NCBI GenBank assembly: GCA_963721455.1
Contig: CAVRJG010000053.1
Coordinates: 1-64,000, forward strand
Source: an uncultured Methanosarcinaceae archaeon
GTDB taxonomy: Archaea; Halobacteriota; Methanosarcinia; Methanosarcinales; Methanosarcinaceae
DNA: 64,000 nucleotides
Reading direction: 5' to 3'
Part shown: one piece after another, positions 9,756 through 19,836 of the stretch
Numbering within the stretch: the first letter of the stretch is position 1
Layout of the letters: each line of letters opens with the position of its first letter
Program-made: the position numbers and the translations under genes
Notes under the pieces: model-generated
The model's input: only the letters and a program-made list of their open reading frames with translations
Told to the model about the DNA's origin: nothing
Databases searched by the model: none

Positions 9756-10161
9756 CTATAATCTTGCCTGCGAGACTCCTACAATCAACGTAATAGGAGT
9801 AGAATCGGCAAGCAAGCCTTCATATCTGGAATTAATTGACAAAAAAGTGCTGGAAAGTACAGATTCATTCCTCAGATTGGGAATTGTAAGAACTGATATT
9901 TTCACGCTGGCAGGAATCCTTAACGAAAGACACTGTACTAACGTCTGGAAAGATCAGCAGTACCTTCCGGAGATTATTACAGAGCTCGAAACCCCAGCTA
10001 TCATAACAAAGAGGCTCAAGCTTGCTTACAGACGTTTCGGTAGCCTGATAAAATATGCAGGTCCTGACTGTGGGCTGGGATCATGGCCTAACCAGAGAAT
10101 AGCCTTTTTTCTGCTCTCCAATGCAGCCCAGGGTATAAGGGATTTCAAGGAATCTCCCTGA
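9756..10161 (+). pseudogene. 5'-truncated core (folate-independent) methionine synthase paralog
   Basis: YNLACETPTINVIGVESASKPSYLELID...RTDIF...GPDCGLGSWP aligns with the C-terminal part of the downstream gene and starts at the IS1634 right end. Confidence 0.85.
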
Positions 10162-10637
10162 CTGTGAGATTTCTAATAATTTTTTATAGAAGGTGTGTCA
10201 GGAGGTCAATAGCCTGAAGGACAGGCTTCAAAAAGTAATTTTCATTATTATACTGCAAAAGTCGGTCCAAAAATCAGTCCAAAAACGCCGCTCCGAAATA
10301 TAGGTAGTGGGTCTGAGTTATTGAAAACCACAAGCACAAGAATCTTTCTACATTTTCCTCAAATAAGGAGGATGTACTCGCATTTTCGAAATTGATCAAT
10401 AACTCAGGGACACAACCGAAATATAAAATAGGGATTTTTTGTTTGAGCTGATAGTGGAGACAAGTATTCGAAGTGAATCAACCTAAATTTTGATCGAAAA
10501 ATTAGTTCGTTTTTCTCGTCAACCCTTATTAACTCCATATCTCCGTTTTCTGCAATTTCTTTACAGGAATGGAAGCCGGATATGCGTCGAGCAAGCATTC
10601 CAATATCTATAAAACTTCAGCTCTCTTAATATCAAGC

Positions 10638-11675
10638 ATGCAGGAGATTATTTTTATCGATGAAGGCAGTCTTCCCACACCTGAAGGTATCACAAGGGAG
10701 TGGGTAAAGGCTGCAGCCGAAAACCGAAATGAAGATGAAAAACTTTTTTCTGTAGTTAGGGAGGCTTTCCGTCGGAAAATCGATGTGGGAGTTCACGTTC
10801 CCACTTATCCTCAGTTCAGAGATATGATAGGGCAATTTCTGGATATTGTCAAAGATGAAAAGAACTGTTATGAACCTTATGTCCTGAAAGAAGAAAATGC
10901 AAAAATCCTTGAGCTGGAAATAATTGATGAGGTTGCAAAACAATATAAAAAAGATACAGGAAAGACTCTTGAAGTTAGGGTCTGTATCGCAGGCCCTACA
11001 GATATGTATCTTCAGGCTTTCGGGGCAACAGCTTTTGTGGACGCTTATAATATCCTTGCACTGGATATTGAGAAATTCATTAAACAGGCATTTAAAACAG
11101 CAAAAAATTTCAAAATTAAAGTTATAGCTCTGGACGAAATCAGCCTGGGACTAAATGATAAGATTCAGTTTTCTGACGCTGACATCATATCGGCTCTTAC
11201 AGTTGCCTCTACCTATGCTCGGCAACAGGGAGCGGACATGGAGATTCATCTGTATTCTCCATTGAAGTATAAGCTTATATGTGAGACCCCTATCAATGTC
11301 ATTGGATTTGAGTATGCGGGAACTCCTTCCTACCTCGATCTTCTGGACAGAAAAGTACTGGAGGATTCAAATACTTACGTAGGAGTCGGAGTTTCGAGAA
11401 CCGATATTTTCAGTCTTATAGGCATTATCAATGAAAAGTATGGGGTCAATGCCTGGAAGGAAAAGGAACATCTGCAAAAAATCATAACTGAGCTAGAAAC
11501 TTCAGACGTCATAAAAAAGAGGCTTGAAACGGCTTATTCCATTCTTGGGGATCGCATAAAGTATGCGAATCCAGACTGCGGGCTGGCGTTCTGGCCGGAT
11601 CAGGACCTTGCTTTCAAGCTGCTTGAGAATACAGCAAAAGCTATTAATGAATTTAATGCAGAAAGGAAGGATTAG
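10638..11675 (+). CDS. mesC: Core methionine synthase (MetE C-terminal-like, methylcobamide-dependent, MesC type)
   Basis: DEGSLP, PTYPQFRDM, HLYS, IGFE, NPDCGL; start taken at ATG 10638; stop TAG followed directly by TGA. Confidence 0.8.
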   Translation: MQEIIFIDEGSLPTPEGITREWVKAAAENRNEDEKLFSVVREAFRRKIDVGVHVPTYPQFRDMIGQFLDIVKDEKNCYEPYVLKEENAKILELEIIDEVAKQYKKDTGKTLEVRVCIAGPTDMYLQAFGATAFVDAYNILALDIEKFIKQAFKTAKNFKIKVIALDEISLGLNDKIQFSDADIISALTVASTYARQQGADMEIHLYSPLKYKLICETPINVIGFEYAGTPSYLDLLDRKVLEDSNTYVGVGVSRTDIFSLIGIINEKYGVNAWKEKEHLQKIITELETSDVIKKRLETAYSILGDRIKYANPDCGLAFWPDQDLAFKLLENTAKAINEFNAERKD

Positions 11676-12142
11676 TGAATAAATTAGACTGAGTAAGACA
11701 TTATACGTAACTTATAACAATAAAATTGGCGGGATTTTACAAAAAAAATTACTTTTAAGCTTCAGTCACGCTATATGCCGCCAGGCACCTTTTTAGTTCT
11801 ACATCGCATACATATTCAGCAGTATCCTCAAAATCCGCAAGTCAAGCCCTCCCACACCACCTACATTTGATGGAAAACTTGTGGCCTTCTTTCTGTATTA
11901 AGGACGGAATATAAAGTAAATGCTGAGGGGTTCCAACCATTCTAGCAAGGTCAGAAACCCCTATTATTGCTCTGTCCCGAACACCTGCAGCTTCTATCAT
12001 CAGCTCAATTTTGTCCTTTGTTAGAAGCTCATCTGGGGTTTTATGCTTTAATTTAATCCGGATTTTTATATAATCCGGGTTTTTATATCATCGGCAAGAT
12101 CTACATATTCTCTGTTTTTATACCGCTTGCCATACTACCTTA

Positions 12143-13011
12143 GAGGATGTCTTAAAATTAAACTTAATCATACAATTGGGAAAGGATTCATGCAATTTAA
12201 CAGAAAACTGTAGCATTTAATTAAGATATTCGTCGGCAGTCATGATAGTTGCAAACATGCCGTCCAATGCCGCCATGAATGATGCATGAACAGTTTGCGC
12301 AGGCAAAATTTCTTCTCCGAACTTAAGATTGCGGGTAGCACAGGCATCAGCTATCAAGGTACATTTAAATCCAAGTTCTTTTGCAGCCCTGACAGTTGTA
12401 TCTATACACATATGGCTCATTGCTCCGCAGATTATAAGGTCAGTTACTTCGGATTCTTTAAGAACTGATAGGAGGTCGGTCTGTAAAAAACTGTTAGGGA
12501 AATGTTTCTCAATGACAGTTTCGTTTGGAAGAGGATTCACGCTCGGATGAATATCCATTCCCTGAGTTCCGGGTACAAAGAATGTGGCGTCTGATCTTGT
12601 AGACATATGCTTGATAAAGAAAATAGGTTTACCAGCAGTACGGAATGCTTTAAGGAGTTCTCCTGCTTTTTTTGCTGCTTCCTCCATGCTGACAAGTTCC
12701 ATTTTGCCGCCAGGAAAATAGTCGTTTTGGATATCAATAAGAAGAAGGGCTTCTTTCATACAGCTAGTGAGTTTCCACTATTCATATTCCTGGCGGTTTA
12801 TTTACACTAAAGGCATGTCTTAAAATTCAAATCAATTCTACAATTGGTAATTGGAAACGCTTAGTTTAGAATAAGGTCATAAATTTTTCTGAAAATTGGG
12901 TACATATGACCTTATGTTATCTAAATTTCTGATGGACTCCACCTAATTCTTTATTTCAAATTATGAATTCTATCCCGTTTATGTGACTCATTTTAATTTT
13001 AAGACACGCTC
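12143..13011. mobile_element. Transposase-free TIR cassette (IS5-like ends, TTA TSD) carrying an isochorismatase gene; inner 201-bp MITE at 12811-13011
   Basis: Left GAGGATGTCTTAAAATTAAA, inner left AGGCATGTCTTAAAATTCAA, right (rc) GAGCGTGTCTTAAAATTAAA; TTA at 12140-12142 and 13012-13014; removal rejoins the integrase frame. Confidence 0.8.
12217..12759 (-). CDS. Isochorismatase-family cysteine hydrolase
   Basis: ALLLIDIQNDYF, IEKHFPNSF, GAMSHMCIDTTVR (D-K-C triad). Confidence 0.92.
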   Translation of the reverse strand: MKEALLLIDIQNDYFPGGKMELVSMEEAAKKAGELLKAFRTAGKPIFFIKHMSTRSDATFFVPGTQGMDIHPSVNPLPNETVIEKHFPNSFLQTDLLSVLKESEVTDLIICGAMSHMCIDTTVRAAKELGFKCTLIADACATRNLKFGEEILPAQTVHASFMAALDGMFATIMTADEYLN

Positions 13012-13671
13012 TTAGAAATTGCTTAAACCCAACTAAAAATTGCTTTTTTGTTGCGTTTGAAATTGGTTTTCCATCTCTATGAACCCAAGTGCCGACTGTT
13101 AATTTGAACTCGTCTATGTCGTCAATTGTGGGCTTGTCAAGATCTGTTCTGACATTCATTAAAAAATACTTCATTATTTTTGTATTATTTGCAATCGTTG
13201 CTATAGATGCATAAAAAAGGCAAATGGCAAATAAGTAGTTTATCATTTGATAATTAGAAGCTTCTTCATTCAATCATGATAAGGCTTATCGAGTCTGCTT
13301 TTCAAAATTTTTCGCTTTTTGTATACTATTTAACTTAAAGTTGACTCACTGTCTTCAATTTTAATTCAAGTACAAAAGAATAACTTTTACAGACAAATAA
13401 ATTTTAATAGTATGTGGTGAGGTAAAATCATAAGGATTCCACATAGTAAGATCAGAAATATTATATATTTTATACACAAGATAATTTTATATTCTTTTAA
13501 TCTATGGGAAATAATAAGGCGAAAAATATGGTGAAGGGAGAACGAACTTGAAGACTCCAAATCGAGAGCGTCGATAGAAAAGAGGATAGAAAAGAAAATA
13601 AAAGAGGACAGAACTGGCAGACTGTCGAGCCAATCTTTTCAAAGAGTTTTATTGTAAAATGGAGAAATTAT

Positions 13672-13935
13672 ATGACTGTTATAGATGAACATATTGTTGA
13701 CCAGAGTAAGTATATTGTTGATGTCGCTTTGAAACTACGAAATCTCGATCTTGAAATTGCTAAAAATCCGAACTGCCAAGAGCTTAAGTCGAGACGACTT
13801 AAAGTATTGGAAGACCTGCACGACAAAACTCGCGCAGAGATGGTGCAAGCTGCAGCCGAGCTCCGTAGATATAAGAGAGACAGTGATCGATGTGCTGATT
13901 GTATGAGATGTGATTTATATAAGGAGTTTGTTTGA
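13672..13935 (+). CDS. Hypothetical 87-aa helical protein with a C-terminal CxxCxxC
   Basis: GGAG SD at 13661, ATG start, ends RCADCMRCDLYKEFV. Confidence 0.55.
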   Translation: MTVIDEHIVDQSKYIVDVALKLRNLDLEIAKNPNCQELKSRRLKVLEDLHDKTRAEMVQAAAELRRYKRDSDRCADCMRCDLYKEFV

Positions 13936-14043
13936 AGTATAACTGTCACTAACTTCCCCGCATACCCGCGTGTACAGTGATCGCAGACAACATCCTCTAA
14001 CACACCATATTTGTACTTGCCCTTTCCAGATAATTACTATCTT

Positions 14044-14673
14044 TCACTTAGTTTGCACACGCACTATTCTAACGGTCTTTCTATTCGGCAATTCATTTAC
14101 AGTTTCATATTCAAACCCTAAGACGCCTAAATCTGTGTAAAACCACTTTGGAATATGACTGCAAATGATATCCAGCCTGTTGAATTCTCCATTTTTTAGA
14201 TAGGGAATCAGAATTTTCTTTGAGGTTAAGTCCGGGTTCTTTAGAAGAATTTCTTCCATATTAAGAGAAAAATCCCCTTTATTCATACCAGGTTCCAGAA
14301 ATTGCATGATATCGAACTTGCAGGGTTTTTCCTGCCGCTTTTCAATAATCTCAAGCATTTCTTTTTTGACTGAGTCAAGAACATCCAGCACGCTATTTTC
14401 CACAAGGAATATATCAAAGCCTGCTGCTTGAAAAACGCCGAACGCTATCCCTGGGATTTCACTTGCAACCACTATTTTTACATCACCAAGCTGTTTTACA
14501 GTATCCGCCACAGCCATGCGTACCGCGGCAATACCCTTTGCGTCGCAAACTTTATTTTCAAAACGGTTCAGGACTTTCCATTCCCCGCCGTATTCCTCGT
14601 ATGTTGCAACGAATCCCGGTTCAAATATTGAACTCGTTTTTTGGTTATTGTTTTCCACAACTGCAATTTTCAA
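14044..14673 (-). CDS. anfO: Fe-only nitrogenase accessory AnfO-family protein
   Basis: KIAV..N...SSIFEPGF, SEIPGIAF, LTSKKILIPYL, LDIICSHIPKWF; TTG start with GGAG SD. Confidence 0.8.
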   Translation of the reverse strand: MKIAVVENNNQKTSSIFEPGFVATYEEYGGEWKVLNRFENKVCDAKGIAAVRMAVADTVKQLGDVKIVVASEIPGIAFGVFQAAGFDIFLVENSVLDVLDSVKKEMLEIIEKRQEKPCKFDIMQFLEPGMNKGDFSLNMEEILLKNPDLTSKKILIPYLKNGEFNRLDIICSHIPKWFYTDLGVLGFEYETVNELPNRKTVRIVRVQTK

Positions 14674-14862
14674 GACACATTCTCCTTTTGTGTTACAATT
14701 TATGATGATTTCAGGCTGTGATTAAAAAAATTGCTCGCCGTCGGAATGATCTGCTCGATTTGCACAGGCTCTGTGGGATTAATTCTGAAATCACAGAAAT
14801 ATATCGTTTGCGGCAGCTCGAACGTACCCCATAGCTTGGAGGCTGTCCGACAATTACTGCTA

Positions 14863-16072
14863 GTGTCGGGTCAACAATAAAATGTCGTAAATTTTATATT
14901 GTATATTGTTCATAATGAATCCTGGAGGATTACTTATGAATAGATACACTGTGACACTTACCAAAGATGAACGTGAAGCTCTTTGTGAACTTACCTCAAA
15001 GGGCAAACATAGCTCACAAAAAATCCTCAATGCTCTGATCTTACTTAATTGTGATAAAAGTGAATGGAATGTTACCCATTCAACCAATGAAGAAATCTCA
15101 CGTATCCTGAATATTAGTATGAGAAAAATTGACCGTGTTAAGAAACGATTTGTTGAAGAAGGTCTTGAAGTTGCTCTCAACGGGGAAAAGAGATCGTATT
15201 TATGCTAAAAAAGTTGATGGTGATTTTGAAGCCCATTTAGTTGCATTGAGTTGCAGTGAACCCCCTGAAGGTTTTGCAAGGTGGTCTTTGAGATTGTTGG
15301 CTGATCAGGCTGTAGAGCTTGGCTATATCGAGAATATATCTCATGAAACAGTTCGCCGTACTTTAAAAAAACGAAGTCAAACCCTGGCAAAGGAAAGGAT
15401 GGGTAATTCCCCCAGAACAAAACAGTAGCTTTGTTGCAAATATGGAAATGGTTCTGGATGTTTATAAGCGTCCATTTGATCCACGAAATCCTGTTATATG
15501 TATGGATGAATCCCCAAAACAACTGATTGCAGAAACCAGGGTTCCTGTCCCCTGTTCACCTGGAAAACCAGCCAGGTATGATTACGAATACAAACGTTGT
15601 GGAATGTGCAATATATTCCTTGCCTGTGAACCATTGGCAGGAAAACGAATGGTGAAAATTACTGAAAGAAAAACCAAGCGAGATTGGGCTTGGTTTCTGG
15701 AAGAAATTGCACTTCAACAGGAAAATTCAGATAAAATTACGCTGGTAATGGACAATCTAAACACGCATATTCCAGGATCTCTCTATGAAATATTTCCACC
15801 AGAAAAGGCGAAGGCTCTATGGGACAGGTTTGAGTTTGTGTACACACCAAAACATGGAAGCTGGTTGAATATGGCAGAGATTGAATTGAATGTACTTACA
15901 GGTCAATGTTTAAAAAGGAGAATGGATAACATCGAGGCTGTTAGGAAAGAAGTATTAGCCTGGCAAAAGTTCAGAAACAACAAAAATGCAAAGGTTATTG
16001 GCAATTCACAACAGAAGATGCAAGGATAAAATTATCACGTCTTTATCAGACACTTGAAGATTGACGCGACAC
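14863..16072 (+). mobile_element. IS630-family insertion sequence, TA target
   Basis: TIR GTGTCG(G/C)GTCAA flanked by TA inside a TGCTAGCA target. Confidence 0.88.
14936..16064 (+). pseudogene. IS630-family transposase: slippery A7 site near 15365 plus two extra frameshifts (near 15190 and 15998)
   Basis: RWSLRLLA, ICMDESPKQL, VMDNLNTH, TPKHGSWLNMAEIE across several frame segments. Confidence 0.85.
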
Positions 16073-16186
16073 TAGCATAAATAACATAATTCCAATAAAG
16101 TATACTGCTTTCATTTATTCAAACCTCTTTCACAGAAACTATGAGAATATTTTCCTTATCTGATTATAAGCAGATAAACTTATTTA

Positions 16187-17962
16187 GTATCCTCTTCAAA
16201 TTTGATGGGTTTTCAATCACAGGAAAAATATAATAGTTGCTCCATTTACCCTTATCATATTTTGGAGTAAAAAGATGGAACTTGAAGCTTTAAAACAATT
16301 GCTGGCATCTTTGGATATCAATCCTGATGAAATTGAGGATAAAAGGTATGCTACAGCTTTTCGCATTTTGTTTGCTATCATTGAAAAACAGAACGAGGAG
16401 ATAGAATTCCTCAAGGCAGAGAACCAAAAGCTTCGAGATGAAATCAATTTACTCAAAGGTGAACAAACCAAACCTAAGATTCGTGGCTCTAAAAAGAATG
16501 AAGATATTTCTTCTGAGAAAGAGAGACGAAAAAGAGAGCATCCATAGGACAAAGAACCTAAATCAAAACTGGACAAAATAGAGGTCCATCGAATTGAAAC
16601 ATGTAAAGTTGATAGATCCGTTTTACCCAGTGACGCATATCCTAAAGGTTATAGGGACGTAATAATTCAGGATATATCCATAAAGCCTGTGAACACCAAC
16701 TACAGGATAGAGATATTTTATTCTCCTTCTGAGCATAAAACATATTCAGGAGAATTACCACATGGTATCAAAGGTGAATTTGGTCCTGGAATCAAATCTC
16801 TGATAATCACACTTAACCATGTTGCTAATGTTTCAGAGCCCAAAATACATGAATTTCTGGAAAATATTGGTGTTTATATATCCAAAGCTACTATTTCTCG
16901 AATTTTGACAAAAGATACTGATATCTTCCATCAGGAGAAAGCTGAGATTTTTCTGGAAGGTCTTAAGGCTTCGCCTTATCAGCAGATTGATGATACAGGT
17001 GCAAGAGTCAATGGTAAAAATCACTATACTCAAATTCTTTGTAATCCTTATTGTGCTGCTTATTTTACAGTTCCCAACAAGAGTCGAGAAAATATTTTAG
17101 ATGTACTTCTATATGGAAAAGAAAAAACTTACTGCTTTAATGATGAAGCATTTGATCTGATGGAAACGTTTAATGTTTCCCGAATCTGGATGGAAAAGCT
17201 CTCTTCTTTTAAAAACAAAATATTCAGTGATGAAGAAATGCGTCGAAAACTGGATTGTGTTTTTTCACTCAAAAGGTATAAAACTACTAAGAAGAAAGTT
17301 CTTGAAGCCGGTGCAATTGCGGCATATCATCAAAGTACAGACATACCTGTGGTTACCATACTTCTAAGTGATGATGCACCTCAATTCAGGCAAGTTGCAT
17401 CACATCATGCTCTTTGTTGGATTCATGATGGGAGAAACTACAAGAAATTGAGGCCAATAGTACCATATTATAAGGAAAAGCTGGAAGCTTTTCTGGATAG
17501 GTACTGGGACTTTTATGGGGAACTCGTTAAGTTTCGAGAAAAACCAGATTCAGAGGTAGCGAAGCAATTATCCATTAAGTTTGATCAGTTGTTTTCGATT
17601 ATAACAGGATACGAACAGTTGGATGAAAGAATCAGTAAGACGAAAGAGAAAAAGGAACATCTATTAAAGGTACTGGTTTTGCCAGAGGTTCCGCTGCATA
17701 ACAATGCAGCGGAACTAGCGGCGAGAGCAAAGGTCAGAAAAAGAGATGTGAGCCTTCAAACCATAACAGATGAAGGGACAAAGGCAAACGACACATTTAT
17801 GACGATTGTTCAGACTGCAAAGAAACTGAGTATAAGTGCGTATCAGTACATATGTGATAGAGTGAGCAATACATTTGAGATGCCATCTCTGGCTCAACTC
17901 ATTAGAGAAAAAAGCTCATGGAGTTGAAAGTCAAAGCTTTCCACTCAATTTGAAGAGGATAC
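16187..17962 (+). mobile_element. IS66-family insertion sequence, copy 2 (1776 bp), 8-bp TSD CTTATTTA
   Basis: TIR GTATCCTCTTCAAATT; CTTATTTA at 16179-16186 and 17963-17970. Confidence 0.93.
16275..17927 (+). CDS. IS66-family transposase, 550 aa with in-frame TAG at 16545-16547
   Basis: ...REHP-TAG-DKEPKSKLDKIEVHRIETCKVDRSVLPSDAYPKGYRDVIIQDISIKP continues in frame into the 412-aa ORF. Confidence 0.82.
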
Positions 17963-18267
17963 CTTATTTATTTAAATATACTTTAGGCTGTATAATACAT
18001 AAATAGGGAATTATCGGCTATCTCCGCCTTTGAGCATTAAATTTAGTTATGAAAATTATTAAGATTTAATTATATCCGACATTCCGCAAATGTCCACAAA
18101 AATAAAATTATTTTATTACATATTTTACTGTTCAATAATAATTGACCTTTGTTATGGCAAGTTAGTTGATTCTTAAACACAGCACAAACTGAATTTGTCA
18201 CTATGCCCATATTTTTCATAATTGTATAACTGGTATTTCCTGAATTATATAACAGCATCCGCTACTT

Positions 18268-19779
18268 CAGTAGTTCCGATCACACTTACTTCCGAATTAC
18301 AAAAACATATTGATTTTACTTTTCACTTACTAATTTTAAAAATATATTAGATTGTTAATCAGAGTTTAATATTTTTAAGCTATAACTTCCACTAACATTT
18401 TTCAAAAAATAGGATCTTATCGAATAATTTTATAGCACATTTATAGCATAAGCTATTAAGTTCATAATTATTATTCTATGTGATTTATATTGTAGTTAAT
18501 CGAGTGCGTAGCACTCGATTTCTTTCTTCATTAAACCATCTTAAACATTCCAGTAATACCTTAACCGGAATAAAATTCAACGACTTTAGCCCATATCTAA
18601 AAGCTTTGTTTATGTCTTCATTTATTAATGATTTTAGCTCATAAGCCGTAATTTCAATAACTGACTTTAGCATATTTAGAACATTGTACATGATGCATTG
18701 AATAACAAAGAATAATACTCTTGCTACTGGAGATTTTGTACATGTTCGTATCTTGAAGTCGTTTTTCACTCTATAGCCAGTTTCTATGTTCCATCTTTTT
18801 CTGTATTCTTCAGGAATTGTCTTTTCAAATTTCTCAGTTGATTCTGCCTCTTTGTTTGTAGCAAACAGGATGTACCTTTCCCTTTTATCATCATATATTG
18901 CCACAATATTGAAGGAAGGCCCTCCTTGCTTAAATTGATATTCAAAAATAGTTGAAGTATTTCCCCACTCTTTTTGATGATTTTTAAGTTCTCTATTGAT
19001 AACCTGATTTGATTTAGCTGCTATAACAAAATTGACTTTAAGTTCATCTAATTTTGAAATCACAGCTCTGTTACAAAATTCTTTATCAAGGTATGCGGTC
19101 CCTGTTTTTACACCTATTGTCTTAAGTCTTTCGAATAAAGATTCGATGAATAGAGAATAATTCTTGTTCAAACTATTAATGTCAATTACGTCAAGTGTCA
19201 AGTGAGAAATTCCAATTATATCCAGGGTACAGAACGATTTACCCCATGAACTGCCATTCTTTGGTTTTATTCCCCTAATTCCGGGAGTATTTTTGTCTCC
19301 ATAAAATGGAACGTCATGAAAATCAATAGCTATGTCATGAACAGTGTTTTCAAGTTTCATCATCTTGAAAATCTCAAAATTCATTTTTCTGAAAGCGGAA
19401 AGAGCGTCTTCAATATTATTGTCTTTGATGTAATTGAAAATAGTATCTGCTGAGGGAATTCTTAAGTCAGGATTTTTGCTTCTGAGGTCATTACTTGCGG
19501 ATTCAAGAGAGTTTGTAGAAGATGTTGAGGCATGTAACAACACGTTTAGAATGTCCTGACATTCATAATTTGCAGATTCTGGCAAAGTTATTATATCATA
19601 TTTGCGAAACAATTCAGAGGATACCGCCAGCAAGCTGGCTGTATCTATGGCCATGGAGTCGTTTTTGGTTGGCATCACAAACGAATTCCATGGTTCATTA
19701 GATCTTTTTTTCGGTAAATCATAAATATTTGATGACTGTCAAATCAAGCATTCGGAACTTGGGTTATTCGGAACTACTG
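18268..19779 (-). mobile_element. ISH3-family insertion sequence, 5-bp TSD TACTT
   Basis: TIR CAGTAGTTCCGA; TACTT at 18263-18267 and 19780-19784. Confidence 0.9.
18485..19678 (-). CDS. ISH3-family transposase
   Basis: IAIDFHDVPFYG, YLDKEF, YRKRWNIETGYR. Confidence 0.88.
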   Translation of the reverse strand: MMPTKNDSMAIDTASLLAVSSELFRKYDIITLPESANYECQDILNVLLHASTSSTNSLESASNDLRSKNPDLRIPSADTIFNYIKDNNIEDALSAFRKMNFEIFKMMKLENTVHDIAIDFHDVPFYGDKNTPGIRGIKPKNGSSWGKSFCTLDIIGISHLTLDVIDINSLNKNYSLFIESLFERLKTIGVKTGTAYLDKEFCNRAVISKLDELKVNFVIAAKSNQVINRELKNHQKEWGNTSTIFEYQFKQGGPSFNIVAIYDDKRERYILFATNKEAESTEKFEKTIPEEYRKRWNIETGYRVKNDFKIRTCTKSPVARVLFFVIQCIMYNVLNMLKSVIEITAYELKSLINEDINKAFRYGLKSLNFIPVKVLLECLRWFNEERNRVLRTRLTTI

Positions 19780-19836
19780 TACTTGTGCTATCTGAAACCC
19801 TTGAAATATTTTATTTAAAGAGCTTATACCCTCATC

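Larger units (their letters stand above)
11950..13349 (-). pseudogene. Decayed tyrosine recombinase/integrase, interrupted by the 12143-13011 cassette
   Basis: ...ISNATKKQFLVGFKQFLR | *YGKRYKNREYVDLADDIKTRI..KLKHKTPDELLTKDKIELMIEAAGVRDRAII; several stops and a 17-bp duplication; boundaries approximate. Confidence 0.65.

Noticed and set aside
12137-12139. TAG in the integrase relic as pyrrolysine
   Set aside because: More simply a TGG-to-TAG mutation in a gene with several other stops and frameshifts
12956-13273. 105-aa ORF as an intact gene
   Set aside because: Integrase fragment whose C-terminus is read from the inserted cassette's right end
1304-17962. Composite transposon or past inversion formed by the two inverted IS66 copies
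   Set aside because: Copy 2 has its own perfect TSD and the outer flanks do not match
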